30,338 nucleotides of DNA from Nostoc sp. KVJ20 (GCF_001712795.1 NZ_KV757576.1:1-30338); one strand, 5' to 3'. Positions 18,341-25,641 are shown, counted from the stretch's first letter. The notes: generated by a model not told the origin, from the sequence alone. A program made the numbers and translations.

Positions 18341-18969
18341 TTTCTCCAATCACGCTGTAATTCATCAGCTGCACGGCGGTAGTCTAATTCCGCCTCCCGT
18401 GCGTTTCCTCCTCGCCATTGAGTAATCGCTACACCTTCAAGTGCTGCTCGTTCATGAGCTTTATAGGCACGGATGAAGGTATTACAAGTAGGAATACCTA
18501 AGCGAGTCAGAGTATTTTTTGCTTCTTGTGCTTCCCCCAGACTGCGCGTATCGACTTTGGTGAGCAATACCCGATGGGGGGTTCCCAAAGGGATGACGGC
18601 TTCCTTGACTGTTTCCACGAGGATTGCTAAATCCATTGCAGATGGGGGTGTAGGCAAAACTAGATAATCTGCGATCGCAACTACCGCTATTAATGCTTCA
18701 GAGCGCAAGGCGGGAGGCGTATCCACCACTACTAAATCGTAACCTGTTATCTTACCTAAATTACCTAAAAGTGTTGGATCTGTTTCTTGAGATAAATCAA
18801 ATCCCATTCCCTGCTGACTGCGCCCAAACCACCAACTGGCAGAACCCTGAATATCTGCGTCAATCAGCAGCACCTTTTTTTTCTTCGCAAAGTTTGCAGC
18901 CAGATTGACTGCGGTAGTCGTTTTACCGACTCCTCCTTTACCGTTGAGAATAGCGATGATTTTTGGCAC
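18337..18969 (-). CDS. mcdA: ParA/MinD-family ATPase, McdA-like (type with signature lysine)
   Basis: Deviant Walker A with the signature lysine ([10 protein letters not shown]), A' box [10 protein letters not shown], Walker [10 protein letters not shown]. It is 210 aa and has no ParB-type partner. The ParA-family call is confident. The McdA assignment is inferred from the partner gene and the neighbourhood. Confidence 0.7.
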   Translation of the reverse strand: MPKIIAILNGKGGVGKTTTAVNLAANFAKKKKVLLIDADIQGSASWWFGRSQQGMGFDLSQETDPTLLGNLGKITGYDLVVVDTPPALRSEALIAVVAIADYLVLPTPPSAMDLAILVETVKEAVIPLGTPHRVLLTKVDTRSLGEAQEAKNTLTRLGIPTCNTFIRAYKAHERAALEGVAITQWRGGNAREAELDYRRAADELQRDWRK

Positions 18970-18986
18970 TGCTTTAGCTAGAAAAA

Positions 18987-19010
18987 GGGAGTAGGGAGTG
19001 GGGAGTAGGG
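18987..19010. repeat. Heptamer tandem array (GGGAGTR) x about 3.5
   Basis: gggagta gggagtg gggagta ggg, just upstream of the ParA start. An inverted, related block (cccactctctactcc...cccactgtctactc) lies at 19105-19142. Confidence 0.7.
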
Positions 19011-19230
19011 AAAAAAATCTGTTTTATGTTTGGTTGTGGGATTTTTCGATGAAGGATGAGTAGTGAGTTATTCATTAGGAGTTAATTAGTTATTATCCTT
19101 TTTTCCCACTCTCTACTCCCCTGTGCCCACTGTCTACTCTCCATTGATGAATATACCGCTTTCTGTGTCCCTAAATAACATGAAAACTCGTAACAATAAA
19201 ATTCATCAGCCATCAATTCCACAAATTCCT

Positions 19231-20613
19231 ATGACAGTAACTTACAATTTGCCTGATGGGCCTCAAATGCCGCGCTGGCTAAGGATGATCAAGTTTATTA
19301 GTCAGCCAGTGAAATATATAGATGATTTTGCCAAAATCTATGGTGACACTTTCACAATTAGGAGTAGTCGGTCTGATAATCATATTGTGTACTTTAGTCA
19401 ACCCCAAGCCCTTGAGCAGATTTTTACTGCTGATTCCAGCCATTTTGAGGTTGGCAGAGGGAACATAGGGCTAAAATTTTTGCTTGGCGATCGCTCCTTT
19501 ATGTTATCAGATGGCGATCGCCACCAGCGCCAACGGCAACTATTAGCTCCTCCCTTTCATGGCGAAAGGATGCGGGCTTACGGCGAGGAAATTCGGGAAA
19601 TCACCCGACAGGTGACTAATGAATGGCAAATTGGCAAGCCTTTTAAGATCCGTGAGTCGATGCAAGAAATCACCTTGCGTGTTATTCTGCGGGTTGTATT
19701 TGGTTTGAATGATGGAGAAGTGTTTGAGGAACTGAGGCGATCGCTAAGTGACTTACTAGACTTCATGACTTCGCCCGTAATGTCCAGCACCTTGTTTTTC
19801 CGGTTCATGCAAAAAGATTTCGGTGCGTGGAGTCCGTGGGGTTGGATTCTCCAACAACGGCAAAAAATTGATCAACTGATTTACGCTTTGCTTCAAGAAC
19901 GTCGGGCTGAATCTGATCAAAATCGCCAAGATATCCTCAGTTTGATGATGGCTGCTCGTTATGACGATGGTCAAGGGATGTCAGATGAAGAATTACACGA
20001 CGAGTTGATGACGTTGCTAGTTGCAGGACATGAAACTACCGCTTCTGCATTGACATGGGCTTTTTACTGGATTGACCATTTACCGGAGGTGCGGGAGAAA
20101 TTGCTACAAGAACTTAACACCCTTGGAGTTAACCCGGATTTAAGTAGTGTAGCTAAATTGCCTTATCTGACAGCAGTTTGCCAAGAAACATTGCGAATCT
20201 ACCCAATTGCCATGAATGCTTTCTGGCGGGTTGTGAAGATTCCAATTACCATTATGGGCTACGAACTGCGAGAAGGGACAGCAATAATTCCCAGTATTTA
20301 TTTAGCCCATCATCGAGAAGAAGTTTACCCACAATCAAAGCAATTTAAACCAGAACGCTTTTTAGAAAGACAATATTCACCTTATGAATATTTACCTTTT
20401 GGTGGCGGTAATCGTCGCTGTATTGGGATGGCATTTGCTCAGTATGAAATGAAAATCGTCTTGGCAACTGTTCTGTCAGAATTTCAAGTATCGCTAGTGA
20501 ATAAACGTCCTATCCGTCCTGTGCGCCGTGGTTTAACTTTAGCCGCACCCGCCGGAATGCGGATGATTGCAACACCTCAAGTCAAGCGTGCGAATACGCC
20601 AGCATTGGTGTAA
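19231..20613 (+). CDS. Cytochrome P450 (CYP110-like)
   Basis: Heme-binding loop FGGGNRRCIGMAFAQYEM, I-helix LVAGHETTA, and an ExxR motif (ETLR). I prefer the start at ATG 19231 (MTVTYNLPDGPQMP). The ORF-track GTG at 19123 lies inside a heptamer repeat block, and ATG 19180 is another option. Confidence 0.85.
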   Translation: MTVTYNLPDGPQMPRWLRMIKFISQPVKYIDDFAKIYGDTFTIRSSRSDNHIVYFSQPQALEQIFTADSSHFEVGRGNIGLKFLLGDRSFMLSDGDRHQRQRQLLAPPFHGERMRAYGEEIREITRQVTNEWQIGKPFKIRESMQEITLRVILRVVFGLNDGEVFEELRRSLSDLLDFMTSPVMSSTLFFRFMQKDFGAWSPWGWILQQRQKIDQLIYALLQERRAESDQNRQDILSLMMAARYDDGQGMSDEELHDELMTLLVAGHETTASALTWAFYWIDHLPEVREKLLQELNTLGVNPDLSSVAKLPYLTAVCQETLRIYPIAMNAFWRVVKIPITIMGYELREGTAIIPSIYLAHHREEVYPQSKQFKPERFLERQYSPYEYLPFGGGNRRCIGMAFAQYEMKIVLATVLSEFQVSLVNKRPIRPVRRGLTLAAPAGMRMIATPQVKRANTPALV

Positions 20614-20669
20614 TAACAAGTAGGTTGGGCACATTAATGCCTACCTACCAGCTATAGGATAATAATTAT

Positions 20670-20725
20670 GAATTACGAATTACGAATTACGAATTACGAA
20701 TTACGAATTACGAATTACGAATTAT
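20670..20725. repeat. Heptamer tandem array (GAATTAC) x 8
   Basis: A perfect 7-bp periodicity runs over 56 nt between the convergent P450 and acetyltransferase genes. It overlaps the last codons and the stop of the acetyltransferase. Confidence 0.9.
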
Positions 20726-21308
20726 CCTGACTCTCTTGTTTGTTGGCGAGTTTTTCATAATGTTCTTTGTCGCGATATTTAATTGTTCTCATCCGTTGAT
20801 TTCCAACAATTGCTAAAGGTTCAACATTAGCAGTTACAACCGTCCCCGCCGCCACAATTGCACCATCTCCAATGGAAACTCCTGGAACAATTAGGACATT
20901 TCCACCAATCCAAACATTGCGACCGATAACTACAGGTTTATGAATATAGACATTATGTTCATAAGGCAAATCATTACTTTGATAATCGTGATTTGCAGAG
21001 AGAATAACAACGTTAAATCCAAGTGTTGTATTGTCGCCAATTGTAATTCCGCCACGTCCATCTAATATGACATCTTGTCCAATGTAGACTTTATTTCCCA
21101 GAGATACATTTTGCGGGTGTTCAATTCTCAAGTCTCGCTTAAATCGCAGACCTGAGCCACTAAATTTTAATTGACTCTTCAGTTCTTGATGTTTATAGCG
21201 CCTGATTTTGGTTTCTAGATATTCTCCCCACCGTACCAGACGAGGTACTAACCATTGTTCCAATAGTCGTTCTAATTTATTCGTAATTTTATTTTTGATC
21301 TCTTTCAT
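20715..21308 (-). CDS. Hexapeptide-repeat (left-handed beta-helix) acyl/acetyltransferase
   Basis: Repeated [LIV]G-type hexads (VYIGQDVILDGRGGITIGDNTTLGFNVVILS...VVIGRNVWIGGNVLIVPGVSIGDGAIVAAGTVV), typical of maltose/galactoside/WbbJ-type O-acetyltransferases. Confidence 0.8.
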   Translation of the reverse strand: MKEIKNKITNKLERLLEQWLVPRLVRWGEYLETKIRRYKHQELKSQLKFSGSGLRFKRDLRIEHPQNVSLGNKVYIGQDVILDGRGGITIGDNTTLGFNVVILSANHDYQSNDLPYEHNVYIHKPVVIGRNVWIGGNVLIVPGVSIGDGAIVAAGTVVTANVEPLAIVGNQRMRTIKYRDKEHYEKLANKQESQDNS

Positions 21309-21825
21309 AAAACCTCACGGAAGTTTAGGAACCCTCTGGCTTTCAACCAATGAGGGAAAACGACGCGGGTACTTTAGCACCCTTCACATTTATTAGTTTT
21401 CCCCAATTAGAGTATTTTCTCCCGTGTGAATACCGTTTTTATAAAAGCGGGGTGAGGTATGGTGGCGTTGTCAAGGTAAACTAAACATTACGAGTTTTGC
21501 TCTCGGAGTTTGGATTCTCAAGATACAACTGTTTGGGAAATGAAAGGGACTAAAGAAGTACCCCAAGAATTCAACTACCATATCAGTAGTAAGTTAAATG
21601 GAAAGGGAAGTGGTTTACCTTGGCATCTACATAATATTGTTTACCATTTTCTCCCAGGGATTTACTATTAATTCGAGGTAGCAGTTGGGTATCAAATTGC
21701 ATCAGTTTTTGTAAAAGTCAACTTAACGTTAAAAACCGTGTCTATACAGACATAATTAGGAAATGTGGCAATCAGGCTAGGCTAGAATAGCTTTCAGTGG
21801 AATTTCGGTTGTTATTCATAAAATT

Positions 21826-22260
21826 ATGGAACCTGTAACACTAACGGCTGTTGCAACTGCGATCGCTACTATAGTTTTAACTAAAGCTCTAGAAAAAACT
21901 GGCGAAAAGCTTGGGGAAGCAGGGTTAGAAGCAAGCAGTAAATTAATCGCACAGCTACGTAATAAAAATAAGTTGCCCTTATTAGCAGAGGCGACACCAG
22001 AAAATACACAGCAGCCGTTAGATTATGGTAAAGCGCTACTAGAGTTGAAAGCCGCAGCAGACACAGATACCGAAATTGCTCAATCAGTGCGGGACGTGGA
22101 AGCCGCAGTAAACGCCGATCCTCAAATAGCGTCAAAAGTCCAAGCTTTAGCAAATGGGCTGAACTCACAACCAGCAACCATCATTAATTCTACAAAGTTA
22201 GCTGACTCTATTAAAAACGTCTTTCAAGGAAATATTTTCACTGGTACTAATATTTTCTGA
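21826..22260 (+). CDS. Small helical protein with N-terminal hydrophobic helix and G/N/T-rich tail. It looks like the detached N-terminal effector module of the downstream STAND NTPase.
   Basis: 144 aa: MEPVTLTAVATAIATIVLTKAL (hydrophobic/amphipathic helix), then an Ala/Glu/Lys-rich segment predicted to be helical, then the tail ...IKNVFQGNIFTGTNIF. It is in the same frame as ORF 22321-24648 and is separated from it only by the TGA at 22258-22260. Confidence 0.5.
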   Translation: MEPVTLTAVATAIATIVLTKALEKTGEKLGEAGLEASSKLIAQLRNKNKLPLLAEATPENTQQPLDYGKALLELKAAADTDTEIAQSVRDVEAAVNADPQIASKVQALANGLNSQPATIINSTKLADSIKNVFQGNIFTGTNIF

Positions 22261-22320
22261 CTGCATTCGCCTGGAGGAGAACAGGTAAAGTCAAATCTCG
22301 CTACCGAAATACCGCAAAAT

Positions 22321-24648
22321 TTGCCCTTAAGTGGGGTGGTGGAGTTTGTTGGACGTGAAGTGGAATTGCAAAATCTCCATCAGCTTTTGCAGGAAAATGA
22401 ACAAGTGGCTATAGCTGCTGTTGCTGGCATGGGTGGAGTTGGTAAAACTGAACTTGCCCTACAATATGCCAGAAATCACCGCGAAACTTACAAGGGTGGA
22501 ATTTGCTGGTTGCTGGCAAAAGTTAGTGATGTGGGCATTCAAGTTGTACAGTTTGCCAGAACTCATCTTGATTTAAAAATACCAGATAATTTAACAGAAG
22601 ATCCTAACCAAAAATTACTCGCGCAAGTCCAATATTGCTTTCGGCATTGGCCTGGAGAGGTTGATGTTCTGCTGGTGCTGGATGATGTTGTGGAATACAA
22701 GGAAGTTAAGCCCTACTTACACTCGCTATCTTCTCGGTTTAAAGTGCTGATGACCACAAGGGAAAAATTACAGCCGCCGATAATGCGATTAGACTTGGGT
22801 TTGCTCAAACCGTTGGCGGCAATGAACCTATTAAAATCGCTGGTGGGTAGAGAACGATTGCGACGTGAACCTTGGATTGCTAGAAGACTTTGTAAGCATC
22901 TCGGTTATTTGCCTTTGGGTTTGGAATTAGTCGGGAGATATCTGGTACTTGATGAGGATTTATCTCTAGCAGAAATCTTGCAGCAATTAAAAGATGAGGG
23001 TCTGACGAATGAAGCAATAGACGAAGCTCCACAAGAAATGACCGCTAAACTAGGTGTAGCTGCTGCTTTTGAGTTAAGTTGGCGGCGTTTGCAAAAAAAC
23101 GCCCAAGTTTTAGGTTGTTTTTTGAGCTTATTTGCCTTGGCTCCGATTTCTTGGAAATTGGTGGAAGGCAATGAAGGTAAAGAGCAAAAAAAAGCTAGAC
23201 GCGATTTGTTAAAGTTCTATTTACTCCAACGCAAAGGTGAGGAAACATACCAACTTCATCCACTGCTAAGAGAGTTTTTCCAAAATAAGCTTACAGGTTT
23301 AGAACAGGCAGAGGAATTAAAGCGATCGCTTTGTGGGGTAATAGTAGCAGTTGCAAAGGAGATTCCTGAAACACCCACTCTTGAGCAAATCAACGCCGTC
23401 TCCTTTGCCATACCTCATATAGCTGAAGTAGCGAATAATCTCATTGAATATATCAGCGATGATGATTTGATTTGGGCATTTGTTGGCAATGCTCGATTTT
23501 ACGAAGGCCAGGGATTGTATGATAAAGCAGTATCTTGGCGTGAGCAGCGTCTAGAAATAACTAAACAACGTTTGGGAGAAGAACATCCAGATGTCGCCAC
23601 TAGCCTCAACGACCTAGCGCAACTCTACCGTTCCCAAGGTAGATACAGCGAAGCCGAATCTGTTCACGTCCAAGCTTTGGCACTTAGGCGCAACCTGCTG
23701 GGAGATGAACATCCAGATGTCGCTACTAGCCTCAACAACCTTGCGGTACTTTATCGTTTACAAGGCAGATACAGGGAAGCTGAACCCCTTTACATCCAAG
23801 CTTTGGCACTTAGGCGCAACCTGCTGGGAGATGAACATCCAGATGTCGCTACTAGCCTCAACAACCTTGCGGTACTCTATAGTTTCCAAAGCAGATACAG
23901 CGAAGCCGAACCTGTTCACATCCAAGCTTTGGCACTCAGGCGTCAACTGCTGGGAGATGAACATCCAGATGTCGCAGAAAGCCTCCACAACTTAGCGGGA
24001 CTCTACAACTACCAAGGCAGATACAGCGAAGCCGAACCCTTTGCTATCCAAGCTTTGGCACTCTTTCGTAAGTTGCTGGGAAAAGAACATCCATTTGTCG
24101 CACAAAGCCTCAACAACCTAGCGTTAATTTACAGCTTCCAAAGCAAATACAGCGAAGCCGAACCCCTTTTGATCGAAGCTTTAGAACTCACGCGCAAGTT
24201 GTTGGGAGATGAACATCCAGATGTCGCACAAACCCTCAACAACCTCGCATTACTCTACAACTACCAAGGCAGATACAGCGAAGCCGAACCCCTTTACATC
24301 CAAGCTTTGGAACTCAAACGCAAGCTGCTGGGAGATGAACATCAAGATGTCGCCACTAACCTCAATAACCTAGCGTATCTCTACCGTGACCAAGGCAGAT
24401 ACAGCGAAGCAGAAACCCTTTTCATCAAAGCTTTGGCACTCAGGCGCAAGCTGCTGGGAGATGAACATGAAAATGTCGCACACAGCTTCAAGAACCTAGC
24501 GGCACTCTACTGTGACCAAGGCAGATACAGCGAAGCGGAACTTTTGTACATGCAAGCATTAGATATTTTTGAGCGACGGTTAGGTGCAAATCATCCTAAT
24601 ACTGCTGCTGTACGTCAAAGTTTAGAAGATTTGCGCGATTTTCTTTAA
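22321..24648 (+). CDS. NB-ARC (STAND) NTPase with C-terminal array of 42-aa TPR units (NLR-like)
   Basis: P-loop GMGGVGKTELA, Walker B LLVLDDV, the MTTRE (TTR) motif, and a GLPL-like LGYLPLGLELVG. Eight 42-aa units of the type LLGDEHPDVATSLNNLAxLYxxQGRYSEAEPLxIQALALRRK follow. The only candidate start is TTG 22321, and the frame is open upstream to 22261. Confidence 0.85.
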   Translation: MPLSGVVEFVGREVELQNLHQLLQENEQVAIAAVAGMGGVGKTELALQYARNHRETYKGGICWLLAKVSDVGIQVVQFARTHLDLKIPDNLTEDPNQKLLAQVQYCFRHWPGEVDVLLVLDDVVEYKEVKPYLHSLSSRFKVLMTTREKLQPPIMRLDLGLLKPLAAMNLLKSLVGRERLRREPWIARRLCKHLGYLPLGLELVGRYLVLDEDLSLAEILQQLKDEGLTNEAIDEAPQEMTAKLGVAAAFELSWRRLQKNAQVLGCFLSLFALAPISWKLVEGNEGKEQKKARRDLLKFYLLQRKGEETYQLHPLLREFFQNKLTGLEQAEELKRSLCGVIVAVAKEIPETPTLEQINAVSFAIPHIAEVANNLIEYISDDDLIWAFVGNARFYEGQGLYDKAVSWREQRLEITKQRLGEEHPDVATSLNDLAQLYRSQGRYSEAESVHVQALALRRNLLGDEHPDVATSLNNLAVLYRLQGRYREAEPLYIQALALRRNLLGDEHPDVATSLNNLAVLYSFQSRYSEAEPVHIQALALRRQLLGDEHPDVAESLHNLAGLYNYQGRYSEAEPFAIQALALFRKLLGKEHPFVAQSLNNLALIYSFQSKYSEAEPLLIEALELTRKLLGDEHPDVAQTLNNLALLYNYQGRYSEAEPLYIQALELKRKLLGDEHQDVATNLNNLAYLYRDQGRYSEAETLFIKALALRRKLLGDEHENVAHSFKNLAALYCDQGRYSEAELLYMQALDIFERRLGANHPNTAAVRQSLEDLRDFL

Positions 24649-24697
24649 TCACAATAGCAAAATTCAAGTTCCCAACCTCATCAATCAAGCTTTAATC

Positions 24698-24907
24698 TCC
24701 AAGTTTCGCCTTCTGAACTCGAAGTTTCATGTTTAAAACAAGAACGTTTCTGTTTTAAGTGAGAACGTTCCTGTTTTAAACGAGAATGTTCGTGTTTCAA
24801 GTGAGAACGTTCCTATTTCAAACGAGAATGTTCTTGTTTTAAGTGAGAACGTTCGTGTTTCAAATGAGAATGTTCCTGTTCTGAGGTGGAATGATGGTGT
24901 TCTGAGG
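24698..24907. repeat. 21-bp tandem repeat array, about 10 units, with a 42-bp super-period. Each unit carries GAACGTTC or GAATGTTC.
   Basis: The units start at 24698, 24719, 24740, 24761, 24782, 24803, 24824, 24845, 24866 and 24887. The core units are gagaacgttcctgttttaaac / gagaatgttcgtgtttcaagt in alternation. The array begins about 50 nt after the NB-ARC/TPR stop. Confidence 0.9.
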
Positions 24908-24972
24908 GCGATCGCTCCACTTAGATTGTAGAATGATGTGCGATCGCTTTTATGTGTTCGTTGATAATGGAG

Positions 24973-25003
24973 AGCGATGTCTGCGACGGGCTACGCCTAC
25001 GCC
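24973..25003. repeat. Small dispersed repeat, copy 2
   Basis: agcgatgtctgcgacgggctacgcctacgcc, related to 4589-4617 and 26384-26417. Confidence 0.6.
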
Positions 25004-25019
25004 GATTACAAAATAAGCA

Positions 25020-25409
25020 TTATTCAAGTAAATTAAATCCCTGTTCGCTTCTTAACTTTCTGTCAAAAGTTACTGTTGAACTACAACTATTATGTTGAGC
25101 AATCGCGCCGATTAAATAGTCGGATAAATCTGCTTTTCCCTGATGAAATCGCTGTAATGCTTGATAAACTAAAGAGCGATTTTCTAACTCAAACACTGAA
25201 CATTGCAACATTAACTCTATAGTGTTGCTAATTTCTTCCTTACTAAATTCATAGGGCTTTCCCCGTAAAACCCAAACCAACTCACAAAGAACTATATTTG
25301 CTACAAAACATTGCTCTCCTGCTTCGATAATTTCAGCAGCTTGTTTCCACTGCTTTTCATCATCTTTTGTGATGTAGCGCACTAAAATATTTGTATCAAC
25401 TCCAATCAC
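25020..25409 (-). CDS. vapC: VapC toxin (PIN-domain ribonuclease)
   Basis: MIGVDTNILVRY... (the first acidic motif), 129 aa, GTG start. It overlaps the upstream antitoxin gene by 14 nt. Confidence 0.85.
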   Translation of the reverse strand: MIGVDTNILVRYITKDDEKQWKQAAEIIEAGEQCFVANIVLCELVWVLRGKPYEFSKEEISNTIELMLQCSVFELENRSLVYQALQRFHQGKADLSDYLIGAIAQHNSCSSTVTFDRKLRSEQGFNLLE

Positions 25410-25641
25410 TTGCGCCTTCTTGGATTGCTGCTTCCATTTCTTCTAAAGTTGCACTTTTCATCGCCGGACGATGTAGAATGCCGGACAGAGTTTGAACAGG
25501 AACATTGAGTGGAATTAGTTTAACTGTCCCATTTTCATCAATGACAAAATCAACCTTACTACCTATATCAAGATTAAGATAATCCCTAATTTCTTTAGGA
25601 ATAATTACTTCTCCTTTGGTGGTGATGGTGACGCTAGCCAT
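25396..25641 (-). CDS. vapB: VapB antitoxin, AbrB/MazE/SpoVT-type DNA-binding domain
   Basis: MASVTITTKGEVIIPKEIRDYLNLDIGSKVDFVIDENGTVKL is a swapped-hairpin AbrB-type fold signature. ATG 25641 is preferred, and ATG 25656 is also possible. Confidence 0.8.
   Translation of the reverse strand: MASVTITTKGEVIIPKEIRDYLNLDIGSKVDFVIDENGTVKLIPLNVPVQTLSGILHRPAMKSATLEEMEAAIQEGASDWS

Noticed and set aside
17910-18425. 171-aa ORF antisense to the ParA / coiled-coil genes
   Set aside because: It is a Ser/Cys-rich low-complexity mirror of the Glu/Lys/Gln-rich coiled-coil gene on the other strand. That is typical of a spurious antisense ORF.
21309-21400. Possible riboswitch or structured leader upstream of the acetyltransferase (hairpins GGGTgctaaagtACCC and CCCTCattggttgaaagccaGAGGG on the minus strand)
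   Set aside because: I could not match it to any riboswitch consensus I know (preQ1, ykkC/guanidine, ZTP, c-di-GMP, glutamine). Two short hairpins alone are not evidence.
21540-21671. 43-codon ORF MKGTKEVPQEFNYHISSKLNGKGSGLPWHLHNIVYHFLPGIYY upstream of the effector-like gene
   Set aside because: It has no recognisable family and no clear ribosome-binding site, and it is short. It could be a gene remnant or chance. This is not supportable without comparative data.
22150-22330. Two-gene amyloid-signalling architecture (a short prion-like motif shared by the effector C-terminus and the NLR N-terminus)
   Set aside because: The effector tail (NVFQGNIFTGTNIF) has no matching copy in the 20 codons upstream of the NB-ARC domain (LHSPGGEQVKSNLATEIPQN). 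The same-frame, single-stop arrangement fits a split fusion better.
23705-23995. ORFs of 96 aa (+) and 76 aa (-) inside the TPR region with internally repeated peptides
   Set aside because: They are alternative-frame and antisense readings of the 126-bp TPR units. The frame with the NB-ARC/TPR motifs is clearly the real one.
24698-24907. Possible CRISPR array, given the regular repeats next to defence-like genes
   Set aside because: The units are contiguous 21-mers with no intervening unique spacers and show gradual degeneration. That is a tandem repeat, not a repeat-spacer array. No cas genes are in the window.
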